Below, piece after piece: positions 51,001 to 61,925 of a stretch of DNA of 64,000 bases. The translations under genes and the position numbers were made by a program. The number at the start of each line of letters is the position of its first letter. Positions within the stretch are counted from its first letter, which is position 1. The notes beneath the pieces are model-generated. The model was not told where the DNA came from. It did no database searches and saw only the letters and a list, made by a program, of their open reading frames with translations. The stretch comes from Tubiluchus corallicola (lineage: Eukaryota > Animalia > Priapulida), in NCBI GenBank assembly GCA_030141605.1, contig JAQGDQ010000441.1, forward strand, positions 62,001 to 126,000, given 5' to 3'.

Positions 51001-54000
51001 TCTACGAGCCTTCTGAGAGAAACAAAACACAACATCTGCCCATGTAGGTGTTTTAAGTAATTTACTGGTAGAAGATTGATGAGTGTGTAAGGTTTATGAT
51101 AGAAGATTCATAGTAGTATTTTGGGAGTGTCACAGATGGGCTTGTAGTTTGACAACCAATGTGTAGGGGAATAATTTATTGAACAGTAATGGATAATTCT
51201 GTGCTGGTTGCTGTTGCACAGTGGCTGTTCGTAGTTATTGGGGGGGGGGCTGCTTCAGGAAATTTTTAACCTTTATTTCAATACTGTATGAAACGAAACA
51301 AACAATTTGTCATTTTAATGTTGTAATTTGTAATTGTAATTTTAAACAAACAAACATACGAAAGTTTGTACATAAACTTTATAAAATTCTAAACAAAGCA
51401 AATATTTTTGCTTACTAATAGCCTAAATTATCGCAGTTCAAGCTTGATCCATTCACGGTAAGCATGTTACAACTGACAAAAAACTGTGTGAGCTACAGTA
51501 CTTTTTCTGCCTGGCTCAGACATGTGCACATGGCCGCATGCACAGAACAGCCAAAATCATCACTATGCTGGGCTGTGAAGCAAACAGTGCTACCCTCACG
51601 TGCTCTGGTTCCGTACAAGTACAAAGAAAGAACTAAAGAAAAAGGACTTACAGTCATACCTACGTTTTCAAACGTCTCCGTACTCGTACAAATCGGCTTT
51701 CGACTAGAAAATTCGAGCTGAAATTGTCTCCGCTCTCGACCAGAATCACCAGAAACGCGTGCACGGCGAGCCGAGTAGAGCTGAGCATAACAGACCACGC
51801 CACAGAGTAGTCACGCAAGTCACGCAAGTGTTTCTGCTCTTGCCTACGTATACCACCACACTGCTACTAACACGTATGGTTTTTTCATGCGGGAATAATT
51901 GTGTTTTTCTTTCTAAGTAACTCTATTATGTTTTTGGTATCAATTATATCATATCTACTGTTTGAATAAACATTTTTGCATTATTATATTTCGTTTCAGT
52001 AATACTTTACAGTTCATTTGGTACTTGAGAACGGATTATTTGCTTTTACATTATTTCTTATGGAAATAAATGATTCGGTTCTCAACCAAATCGGTTTTCA
52101 AACACTTATTAGGAACAAATTATGGTCGAAAACCGAAGTATGGCTGTATTATATTGAATATTATTGGTAGTATAGAGCAAATAGGGGATGCTTCAGTTCC
52201 ACAGTACCTACACACGAACCGCCATTGTTGGTGCATTTAAAGTTTATTAGCGAGTGAGAGTGTAAGCAAGGATGTGAAAGTTGTTTGTGGCTGGGATAAG
52301 TACTGTGCATACATCTGCTAGTAGCAAAGTGATTTTTGCTGTAATCTGTGTTGGTAAATTCTTGTGCAATTGTGATTGACTGAAACACTACTCTTGCTGC
52401 ATTTGCTGTGATCAATAGCAAAAATCTGAAAAATAAATAATCATTCAATCAGCCAATGGGATGCCAAAGTTGCAATGAATGAAATATTTCCACAAAGTAC
52501 TGAGAGAAGAGGCTAATTAGGCTGTGTAACGTGGGCTACCTTAGAGGAAGGTGATGATTCATCTGCTATAATAGGTAGGTGGAGTTGCTATGCTGGTGTG
52601 ACGAGTGTAGTTGTTTCGTCTGTGTCTCAGTTGGGATCTAGAGGCATTTATAATAAGCAGAGTGGGTGACAAAGTGAACTTGCTTGGGGGGTGGAGATTG
52701 TGGTTGATAACTCGGCTTCTAAAGAGTGGGGGCACTTGGTTGTTTGAGGTGGTTGGGGGTAATGCAGTTGTGTCAGTGTCAACAGCATGGGGCCGGGTAC
52801 GTGGTGATAAATCATCTTCTGTATAGTAACACAAGCGAGATGGTGCATAATAGTAGGATAGAGGGGATGGTATATCAACTGGGTTATCTGCTTGGGGTGT
52901 GTCTAGAGGAACATTGCACAAGCTTGCTGGCTGTCCTGTGTGCGAGTGTCGTTGGTAGGTTGTTCAGAAAGGGTCTTTTGTAACTTGGCTAGTTTTACTA
53001 AATCTTCGGGAGACCAATCTGTGTCTTCGTCCTCTAAGTCAAAGTCCTCTAAGAGGGTGGTTCTGCATGAGCTAATGTTGCTTTGGATGATGTGGTGTGG
53101 GTAGTGAAGTAGGGTGGCATGGTGTGGGTGGTGTGGTGTACAGCTGTGTGTTGTGGTTGGTATAGATATAGGCGGGTGGGTATGGAGTGCTGAGGGTGGT
53201 ATGGTGGGTGTGGTGTGTTGTGATGTGGTGTAGTGGACGTGGTAGGGTTTGTGACTATGGGTTTATGCGCCAAATTTTTTTGCTGGGGTTTGGCTAGTCT
53301 ATATATTAATTTCACATATGTCTGTATATATTTATTTTTTTATATTAGTTTATGTGACTATAACTACAAGAGCTACACCATTTTCGGCGATCTATTTATC
53401 AAACTGAACTTCGATCTATTTTCCTCCCACTTAAATTGGGACCACGGGGAGGATCGGGCGGACAAATATATATTAATCTATCCCATTCCATATTTAGCTC
53501 CTAGATGGTTTTATTCATCTTATTGCGTGACTGTTCATTATTTTATTTCGCTGAAGCTTTTTGTTGAGAAAGTTAAGCTTGTAAGAAGATTTTCGTGATT
53601 TTGTTTCTCCGCTGTTTTCATTATTCATCCATCTTTCTTGAATCCTCTTAGTTTGCTGACATTTGCCATTAAAGTGCGTGCACACTGTGACATCAGATGC
53701 ACATCTTTACTTTTGTTGATATTGCATTGCAAAAGTGGGAGTAAACATAATCGTTAGATTGTCAGGTCGCTCAGACTTGACAAACATGAAACAATCTAGT
53801 CACATGCAACTGTACATAAAAGATGGCGCGTTCAGACATGTAGAGACTTTGCTCGCAACTTGTTACCGCAACTTCTATCTGAAAGTAAAGTTGCAACATG
53901 TGAATGGCTTGGCAACTTCTCTTAGAGAGAAGTTGCGCAACATGTTGCAAGAGAAATCTCTACGGCTGGACGTGCCATACAGAAGATAATGCTTCTCTTC

Positions 54001-57000
54001 ATACAGCAGTTCATATCACTAACATGCAAGATAACAGAGTTGTCACGGTGTGTTCTTGACTTCGAAGTTCCGCAATGCCACGCCTGGCTAGCAAATGGTT
54101 GAGCGACTGCAAGGAAAATCAGGTCTGTGTGATTTCTGACAGATACCACACTGCCTTGGCATTTCTTTCGTTGCGATGTACCTATGTGCATCCAAATGAG
54201 GCTAAAAGGCAGTTTTGTTAAGGACTCATCTCGTGTTAAGACCTGTGTCCGTGATAATGAGAATCTGGTCTAATTGCAACCATTAATATCTGCATTATAT
54301 GCTATATATGTTAACTGCACTGTGTAAAAAAACATAATTATTTAAACTTCATTACACTAAACCTAAGTGCTTTTGCAGCATTTGATTTCGCTTAGTTACC
54401 ATGACTGTCCTAGTTACTGTCTTTAGTTACTGTCCTAAGTGTTGTGTTTTGTTTCTCTCGGAAGGCTCGTAGAAAACACTTCATCAAATTAATCTAGTTT
54501 ATTAAGCGAGAATTCTACAACACAAAAGTATGAAGGAACACGAAATGTTTACAGTAAACGTGAAAATCTGGAAAACGTCTAAGTATATCTGAAAATACAA
54601 GTATACAAGAGAATGTGTAAGTGGCGTCCGTGTGAATCTGCATGTGTCTCAGCGGCCTGCTTCGCCTTATATAGCATGCCCGAGAAGTTTCTCGAAGTTT
54701 CTTTCTAGAACATTCTACAAGGTAAGACGATTATTCTAATGGAACATTCTACAATGTTCTATGTAATCATAATAGATGCCCGCGATCTCCACAACACTAA
54801 GTAAACCTTGAATGTAGTTTTTGAATGTAGCTTTTCTATAAAGTCTTTAGGTAATCTCATTTGTTTTACAGTTCTTGAGAAATCCCCGCGGGGAAGCAGA
54901 CATTGATCTTACTTTCAATAATCCTCTTTCTCAAGCAGAAGATGTGAGTAGGCTATGACTGTTGTTTGTGTATTATTTACAGGGATGAGAATTTTCCGCG
55001 GATATGCAGAAATCCAGGTTTTTGGAAGACCAGTAGTGCCATTTTTGTAAATCACGTAAATTCGTTGAGAAAATTTTTACGGACCCAGGACATTATTTCA
55101 CAAGCTGACCGCTAGTTGGCAGGCCGTTACATTGTTTACGTCACGTACATCAGTGTAACCACGTGTATATCTCTATGTATAAAAATACAGAATCAATTGT
55201 GCGGAGTTATTTGAGTCAATTGCAGATAGTTTTTATATACTTTTGCATAGGAGCGGCCAGTACTTAGGCAATTGTATTTTTTGAGACAATTAGGTATCAT
55301 GTATCCTTGATAGTTGGGTATTTATGTAAAATATGCATGAAACAAGGTAACTGATATTTTAAGTCCACTTAGAGGCTCTCTATGGTCACAAAATTGCAAT
55401 TTGTTGCTGGCGCCCCTTGAACTCCATTGGGGGCCTAGGTGGCCCCAAAAACCCCAACCTGTTTCAGAGTTTTTTACAATTTGTCATTCTCATCCCTGTA
55501 TTTCGAGTAACATATTATGCTGTAGTTAAGGGGGGAAGAAAACGTAATTTTAAAATATATCTAAAAAAAATTCCATACAAAGTTATTTTACTTAGCATTG
55601 TATTTACCTGTTTGAAGGATTTGTGTAAGGAAAAAAGAAAATTATTAATCATTTACAACGTCTACAGGGTCTTAATTTAGCGATTACTAGGGTGTAAACG
55701 CGGCCATTTCTCCCAAAACAGATAAAGTACATATTTTTTGACAATTTTGAGGCCAAACAGATGCAACGTATTGTAATGTAAAGTATTGTAATGCTAGAGT
55801 TTTTGACACTGCCAAAATTTTGACTCACCTGGGGTTACCCATTGGTTATCAATAGTGAATGTCTCAAATTAAAACTTGGGTTTAGGGGGGGGGTTTAACA
55901 CTAGCAATGTTGGCCTACCAGGGGTCACCTAAAGGTCATTTAATGGAAATCTCTCAAACGTATTGTGTAATATATCAAATTAAAGCTTAGGGCGAGATGG
56001 GTTTGCCACACTTTGGCCCAGCTAGGGTCACCTAAAGGACATCTACAGGGTATATGTCTAATATATTGTGTAAAATTTTGTGTCACCACTATTTTACATA
56101 ATATCATACAATTTTTTTCTTCAGGGTCACCTACACCATCTGGTTTATTTTTAAATTGAGCTTTTTGCGCTGTTTACCAAGTATAACATTTCTATCTTAA
56201 AGTCATAAGTGATAAGTCATTTATTTCACATTACACATTTACAATAGTTTCATGTACAATATCTAGTGAAAGGGCCTATAATGAACATAATACAAATAAG
56301 AAATACTGCACAGGAGAAGCCTCACACACTGTTTACCTATATACGAAGGTAAATGTGTTGCGGGCAATCAAAAAGCAGATTAGATTGTCCCACACAGTGA
56401 AAAAAAAATAATAATCTGAAAATTTAAAGTGAATCGTGTGATAAAAAAAACATTAGTGCTTAAATGGAATGATGTAATGAATGAAGCTCATATATGAGAT
56501 GATATAAAAGATAGAAAGACTATTATTTGTTAATAGTATGTAAAATTAAGACAACTAGTATGTAAAATTAAGACAACTAGTATGTAAAATTAAGATAACT
56601 AGTATGTAAAATTAAGATAACTAGTATGTAAAATTAAGATAACTAGTATGTAAAATTAAGATAACTAGTATGTAAAATTAAGATAACTAGTATGTAAAAT
56701 TAAGATAACTAGTATGTAAAATTAAGATAACTAACTCTTTACACATTTGTTTACTTGCTATACATTGTAGAACTTGTTCTTTCAGAGTCCTTGGAATCAG
56801 TATTTTCAAGACGAGGAGCTGAAAGGTACGATTAGGCAGGACGTTACCAGAACGTAAGTTTAATAAGTCATTTACATCGTTTGTAATTTCAAAATCAGTT
56901 TACGATGCTTCTTCAATGAATCATACATCCAGGGACATGATTCTGCTCACCTCTCTATGCCAGGACTCCCTGCTAGCCGCAATGCCCCAAGTGCATTTAT

Positions 57001-59762
57001 TTCTAAGGATCAATGTTGAAGTGTTTAAATCTTTCTGTGCAAAATCTAAATATGTTAACATTTGTCCTCCTGCAGGTTTTTTAGCTGGTTCTATAGCTTG
57101 TTGAAGAGCTATCTTCACTGGAATATCATCAGGTAGTCTAAGCACATGCCCAATCCATCTTAAATGGCGTCTTTTTATTTTTCTTGTCCAAGGTTATTCT
57201 TTTATTTTTTTCATATAGATCTTTGTTTGAAATTTTCTTTGGCCATCTAATACCCAAAATGTTTCTGTAATTTTGCCTTTGAAATGCATCGATTTCAGCT
57301 TTTTGATTTGCTTTTAATGTCCAGAGCTCAGAGTTGTACAGAAATACATTGTCAACTAAGGCTGAGAATATTCTAATTTTTGTTTCCAAAGAAATCTTCC
57401 TATTCTCAAAAACTTTTGTGAGTTTACGATGCAAGGAGTCCCAACTGTAAATTGTTTAGTTGTCTGAGGTTAATTTGTTTGACAAAGTGAGTGATTATGC
57501 ACCTGCTTGGGTTTGAACCAAAGTCCATTGGGATTCTTTCCCAACCATGTAAATCACTCGTTAACAGAAAATTTTCATGACCGCCACTAATTTTCATTAT
57601 ACTCTAAATCCTCGCTTAACGACCCTCCCCATTTCGCGACATTTCATTTAACAACGCTGAACGTTTCACCCTTTTTTCACTTAATGACACACAGTTTCGT
57701 TTTAACGACAATTTTTTCCTTTGCACAAAACCAGTTTTTATTTTATCAACAATTTTTTACCAAGTTTGATACTTTAAAACCGTACATATTATTCTGTTCT
57801 TAAAATGCACTAATAACGGAAACACTGCAGTTATTACACAAGTACATACGTTTTTGCTTCCCGACTGACCACTAAATGCTAGCCATCTGTATTAAGCGAA
57901 ACTTGGGAACAACTTTATGCCAAATTAATTGTTGTTGTTGTTGTTGGCATCCTTCTGTCTCGGAAGACAATCGAGTGTGCGCCAAGAGAGTCAGTTATTG
58001 ATCACATTGATGGAGCTGCAGCGTCGACTGTGGCTGAGCAGTCCGATCCTTGAACCACTGGAGTGGCCTCTCCAGGGCGCACGCCTGGGCAAGGTGTATG
58101 GAGATCCTGAGTTGACCACACAACAGGAACCCCCTCTCTTCCTCCCTGGTGTAGTCCAAAGGAAAGCGGAGCGATACGTTTAGCACCAGGTTGGCTGCAG
58201 GAGCTGCCGGAGTTAGTGAGCATGCTGCACTGGTCCGCCTTCGGGGCTCCACTCCTGATTTGGAAGGTTTACTCCTCTACACATGGCCGTTGGGTCACTT
58301 GACCTCCTCCGCCCTCTAGCCGTTGGCTGCTTGTGCAGTTCCTCCGCCTAGTGTCGAGATACAGTGTGGGCATCCCGCAAGCCTACAGCACCTGGTATTC
58401 CTTTGCGGTCACCCATCCAAGTACTAACCGGGCTCCACGTTGCTTAACTTCGGTGATCAGGCGAGAACCGGTGTTTTCAACGTGATTTGGCCGGAGTTAT
58501 GCAGAATATTACTGCAATATTGTTATGGCAACCAGGTAAAATTCTCAAGGTCGCCCCAGGGCTTGGCTTTGACTCTGCTGCAGTGTTTAACTCCTGCTTA
58601 CACTTAAACATCGACTAAAGAGAAACCGTTAACTAGGTAAGTAAGTTATATAGGTGATTTCAAGCAAGAGGAAAGAAATTAATCAGTAGAAACATTACTA
58701 AAATTCATAAAATATTTAATTTATATGATTTAAGCAGCATTGATTTTTGCCTCTGGAACGTATCTCAATTCTTTTACATTACTCTCTATGGAAGTCTTCG
58801 TTTCGTTTAACAGCGTTTCACTTAACGTCGCATTTTGCTGGAACACACTGGCGCCGTTAAGCAAGGACTGTATTTTATTTTATAATTTTCCTTTTGTTTG
58901 CTTGTAGTTTGTACAAACTGCGTTAGCTTTCAGTTTTGCCTAACTGTATAGAGCAGTAAATATCAGAAATGCTTATTTCTAGCACTCGAAATAAAAAACG
59001 ATTAATTTTATTACGATGAATTGAATGCCTTTAACTTTTTAACTTTATGTTAGAAATTTGAATTTTGTAAAAATATGTGGGAGAGCAAATTTGGGCGACC
59101 GAATGCCCAGAATTGAATTACTTTCGCATTTTAAATGCAAACAAAATACTAAACTGAGTTTAATTTGTAGCAATTTTCTAAATGTATGTACTTTTACTTT
59201 TATACCGAAAACAAGAACAAGTAATTAAAATATGCACAGAATTATTGATGAATATTACATTTTTACAATGATGACATTTTTAATGACAATGAAACAAGAG
59301 TAATTAGTTAGTACATATTTAGTAAATAAATGTGTACTGACCTTTTATATAAGACCTACGTTTTGGTAAAGAGAAAATTACACTGTGACAAAATTACGAC
59401 GTGATTACATTAAACGTATACATTCGGTCGAATACAGAAAGACTAGAGATACCTAGTGTTACCTAGAGATACCTTCAAATACCAGATGGTTTAGCCTTGT
59501 GGTAACGCTCCCGCTTTCGGTCTGGGAGGTCTTGAGTTCGATAGAGCGGCCGGGTCATACCAAAGACTTTAAAACGTACCTGCTGTTGCCCTGCCTGACG
59601 CGTGGTATTTTGGGTAAAAGTGGGATAATAATAGTCTCTGTTATGTAGTTGTAGGTTGTTATTTACAGTCGGCGATAATAGCTTTTTGAGCTAATGTTAA
59701 TTGTTGACCCAAAAGCCGACTTTAAATAAAGATTATTATTGTTATTATTATTATTATTATTA

Positions 59763-59854
<92 letters not shown>

Positions 59855-61852
59855 TATTATACTGTGCCCACGGTCATCCTTAATAATGAGCGGAGCTGAA
59901 ACAGCAATTGTCAGTGCTATGTGACTCCTGGCTAGCTAGACTAGACTAGACCTTTTGCTCAGAAAAATTACTATATAAATAGACCTATGAAAGTTGCCTA
60001 ATTCAGCTAATTACACGGTCACTTGGGCACGATGCCAGCTATACTATAGACTTGAAAGACAATTACATGTTTAATTGTTTATGATGCAAAGCTAACTTTC
60101 AAGAACCAGTTTGCAAGGGCAAATCCTTACAAGCGATTTAAAAAACACTTAAACTCGAGACTTGTCATACTGGCATAGTTCTCGACAGTAAATAAAGAAT
60201 TTGAAAAGAAATTCTGAAGTTATTTTATACAAATGTGCTAGGTTTCCAGAGATCGAGTTCTTTCAGTCGTCAGCTGTTCAAGAAATGATGACAGAAATCT
60301 TGTTTTGCTATGCCCGAGAATATCCAGATCTAGCTTATAAACAGGTAAATTGTGTTTCTTTTTGCAATATAGTTTACCGTATGGACAGGGGCGTCCTAGT
60401 GCATCACGACTACCCTGGGCGGATAGTTCAGTTCCACCCACCCTTATTATATGTGTTTACAGGGTCATATTAACCAACAGGAAACTAGGTGGTAGCCTGG
60501 GGCGCCAAAGTGTGAGGGGCATCACATTTTAGTAAAAATTCTTATTCTCATCGAAAAGTATGTGTACTTTCATATCCATGTAAAGGGCACATTTTATCAC
60601 AGGCAGTTACTGACCGCACCTGTTATATAAATGCCTCATAACGAACAGGTGCTAGGTACTACACAACAAGCATTTGCGCAGTCTGCTTGAATATAAGCAA
60701 GCACAATGCAAATACATGTAATTAATAATGACCACGTAGAAACTAGGGTAATAGTGTTTCTAATACACCACTAATTGTAATTGTTTAATCTTCTCATTAC
60801 ATAATCAACCATAAATTAACAATAGAGATGGGCGGTACAGCACTATCAGCCTAGGGCGTACTAAAGTCTTGATACGCCCCTGTGTGCTTGTGTGAAGCAT
60901 ATTGCACATTAGTAGCATTGTTACCTAGTACTTATATGGTTACTGTTAATGACACTTATTTGCGTAACACGTACATCATGTACATGTATGTGTTCGATAG
61001 GCACTTACAAATATGAAATAAATACGTTGAAGCAGGTTGTGCAACTGTTTGTGGTGTACTACCTTTTTGGTTTTTGTGTGTGTAATATTTGTTATATGGC
61101 TCCTATGTGAGAGCAGGCAGTCATAAGGCCATTCACAGTTCCAGCGTTGGCTCATCATCATGAAAAGTATGACTCTCATTCAAATCATGCATAGAATACT
61201 ATAGTAAACTTCTTCTTCTTCTTCTTCTTCCCAGCTTTTCCCTATGTGGGGTCGCCGTTGTGAATGAGTCTTCTCCACGCATTCCTGTTGTTGACCATCT
61301 CTTCATTTATGTCTTCCCTTCCCTCATGATCTTCACCTACTCTTCTTTTCAGGTGTCCATACCATTGCAATCTTGCGAGGCTTCCACTACTTTTGCTGTT
61401 CCTCTGATATTATTATTTCTAATTTTATCTCTTCTTGTTATTCCCACCATCCATCTCAACATCCTCATCTCCACCACACCCATTTTCTTCTCTTCGGTCT
61501 TCTTTAGAGAAGCTGCTTCCAGCCCATAGATTAGAGCGGGTCTGATCACTTCTTTGTGGACTTTACCTTTAAGTCTCACCGACTCATTCATAGAAGGTTT
61601 TGGCGTAGTTTTTACAGGCAGATGCCCTTCCTGACCCTAACCCTCCCTATTTATCCGGGCTTGGGACCGGCACTGAGTTGGGCTGGCTTGCCCCCTCCCC
61701 ACAGTGGCTAGTTTGGAATACTATAGTAAACTAATTTGAAATAATTGTCACGTTATGTTTCAGGGCATGCACGAACTGCTTGCTCCACTCATATTTGTTC
61801 TGCACTGTGATCATCAAGCTTACTTACATGCGAAGGAATTAGAATCTTTGTC
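39028..61852 (+). CDS. TBC1D5: TBC1 domain family member 5 (Rab7 GAP), 5' part; exons 39028-39092, 40209-40317, 43813-43902, 54872-54943, 56786-56853, 60242-60344, 61764-61852; continues beyond window
   Basis: Spliced translation ..SYSEEWELLF..GDLRSSRFRSVCWKLYLDVLPEDKSDW..NNPLSQAEDSPWNQYFQDEELKGTIRQDVTRTFPEIEFFQ..ILFCYARE..YKQGMHELLAPLIFVLHCDHQA. Contains the IxxDxxR arginine finger and YxQ glutamine finger. Phases are consistent. The start ATG at 39028 is inferred (first exon less certain). Confidence 0.93.
39522..40113 (+). mobile_element. Kolobok-like non-autonomous element; copies ~25874-26386(-), 32580-33198, 42836-43444, 44327-44752
   Basis: Five homologous copies bounded by TTAA-like sites, with AG...CT termini and imperfect short TIRs. 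Confidence 0.65.
40327..40840 (-). mobile_element. L2/CR1-group LINE 3' end; shorter copy at ~955-1160
   Basis: Minus translation RHFIKFTAPNNWNKISAQVK..IYSFKKYLK; AAATAAAT(A/T)GATTGA tail; flanking ACATTTC repeat. Confidence 0.7.
40969..41833. mobile_element. Tigger/pogo-like element; 3' fragment also at ~4745-4885
   Basis: TA|CAGTAGATGCTG...CGTCGTCTACTG imperfect TIRs. Confidence 0.6.
41876..42383 (+). mobile_element. MITE family A copy
   Basis: TIRs intact; TSD TTGCTT/TTACTT. Confidence 0.88.
44126..44327 (+). mobile_element. Truncated LTR, same family
   Basis: TGTTGTGGAGATCGCTGGCATC start, HSE-like block and TATATAA; then fused to a Kolobok-like fragment. Confidence 0.75.
44789..45196 (+). 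mobile_element. Helentron/HINE-like non-autonomous element; related 5' end at ~15982
   Basis: AACTAG start and ATATATAGAT end; ~170 bp shared with 15982-16150. Confidence 0.5.
45522..46028 (+). mobile_element. 5S rRNA-derived SINE, copy 2 (internal ~40-bp deletion)
   Basis: Same head, body and (CAA)n tail as copy 1; lacks the CTCACTGACTCC...GGTGCCAAAC segment; TSD degenerate. Confidence 0.9.
46137..47165 (-). CDS. Intronless class A (rhodopsin-family) GPCR, divergent aminergic-like receptor, 342 aa, nested antisense in a TBC1D5 intron
   Basis: Seven hydrophobic segments; GN (TM1), LAxAD (TM2), C3.25 and D3.32, ERY, W4.50, P5.50/Y5.58, NPIIY, helix-8 FRKAF, N-terminal NLS sequon; uninterrupted ORF. 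Confidence 0.93.
   Translation of the reverse strand: MEMTDKNLSAGPRGEQKPEDDGLLNPIFHVVVYYALCIITVIGNVLVILSVKKYAALNNQSNRLLSSLATADLIYGLFLIPACIMRTAYYWGVRTGNIQVVHEFLRRKAFCTMFFLIDTYIGNCSCVHLYAIAAERYIAIMYPLQYKKWLPDTWFKFIIGTAWVVPIILTGSTVVPIWIKLGIECIRWETEVSFRVSVLVFNIIPGLVLFVAYARIWRAATSQLRRIAPEQRTRTVQKQNKATVTVGFVLISFLFSWFQFFVISEFQGLGFRIPRWVFEATLMLKYVGSATNPIIYARRNVEFRKAFRLLLTCSKQSIDSSDTFRLSRPYPGTTGELPPVED
48329..49520. repeat. 49-bp minisatellite, ~24 copies, dimeric unit
   Basis: Unit GAGTTACTGAGTGTGAGCTAGTCAGA-GAGTTTACTGAGTGACTGCCAGT. Confidence 0.95.
50653..51034 (+). mobile_element. Solo LTR (382 bp)
   Basis: TGTTGTG...CACAACA termini, TATATAA at 50776-50782, perfect 5-bp TSD TCTGC. Confidence 0.88.
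50689..50782 (+). promoter_or_regulatory. Heat-shock element array plus TATA box in solo LTR
   Basis: aGAAc aTTGt aGAAt gTTCc; gGAAt gTTCt gGAAc; cTTCt gGAAg tTTCt; then TATATAA. Confidence 0.65.
51219..52227 (+). mobile_element. MITE family B with a nested Tigger-like MITE (51651-52146, TA TSD)
   Basis: Host TSD CTGTTGCA/TTGGTGCA; insert TA|CAGTCATACCT...AAGTATGGCTG|TA; truncated inverted relative at 24837-25330. Confidence 0.8.
54440..54796 (-). mobile_element. Solo LTR, same family, reverse orientation
   Basis: Reverse complement of 50653-51034; perfect 5-bp TSD CTAAG. Confidence 0.88.
54980..55498 (+). mobile_element. MITE family A copy
   Basis: TIRs intact; TSD TATTTA/TATTTC. Confidence 0.88.
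56534..56732. repeat. 22-bp minisatellite, ~9 copies
   Basis: Unit TAGTATGTAAAATTAAGATAAC. Confidence 0.95.
56900..57434 (-). mobile_element. RTE-like LINE 3' fragment, frameshifted
   Basis: ISLETKIRIFSALVDNVFLYNSELWTL..IDAFQR..RNILGIRWPKKISNKDLYE: RT C-terminal motifs of RTE-type LINEs. Confidence 0.85.
57601..58870. mobile_element. Tigger-like element hosting 5S-SINE copy 3
   Basis: TCCTCGCTTAACGAC left end vs GCCGTTAAGCAAGGACTG|TA right end. Confidence 0.55.
57929..58496 (-). mobile_element. 5S rRNA-derived SINE, copy 3, inserted in a Tigger-like element
   Basis: Reverse complement of the same family; 5S head ~58379-58496, (TTG)n tail on + strand at 57929-57946. Confidence 0.9.
59481..59852 (+). 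mobile_element. tRNA-derived SINE, same family, long (TAT)n tail
   Basis: Colinear with 2390-2765; a 5'-truncated minus-strand copy of the 3' end lies at ~28039-28113. Confidence 0.85.
61211..61715 (-). mobile_element. Internally deleted (bipartite) RTE-clade non-LTR retrotransposon: 5'UTR joined to RT C-terminus, 3'UTR and (GAA)n tail
   Basis: 17-bp TSD GAATACTATAGTAAACT (61194-61210 / 61716-61732); translation VRLKGKVHKEVIRPALIYGLEA..EMRMLRWMVGITRRDKIRN typical of the RTE RT C-terminus; GGCGACCCC 3'UTR motif; (GAA)n tail. Confidence 0.88.
61635..61714 (-). ncRNA. Twister ribozyme fold at the 5' end of the RTE element
   Basis: Minus strand AA-ACUA-GCC-[ACUG..CAGU]-GCCGGUCCCAAGCCCGGAUAAA-UAGG-GAGGG aligns with the canonical twister core; P2 = ACUA/UAGG, P3 = ACUG/CAGU. 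The 5' strand of P1 is absent. Confidence 0.8.
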
Positions 61853-61925
61853 GTAAGTCTTTATTCGATTTTCCTGGTTATCAGGATACTATAGTAGGGA
61901 TACTGTTGTACGTGTTATAGTATTA

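Larger units (their letters stand above)
50214..52428 (-). pseudogene. Fragmented envelope-like type I membrane protein remnant, split by a solo LTR and nested MITEs
   Basis: After removing the inserts: FLLLITANAARVVFQ..INFKC..IIPLHIGCQTTSPSVTLPKYYYES..PTW..LPLPPPRL..LEIAIASLAGLLLLIALIAYLRHRK (TM plus basic stop-transfer), with frameshifts; strong C/A-rich coding-strand skew. Confidence 0.5.

Noticed and set aside
50653-54796. Full-length LTR retrotransposon bounded by the two LTRs
   Set aside because: The LTRs are in opposite orientation and each has its own 5-bp TSD, so they are independent solo LTRs; the env-like sequence extends outside them.
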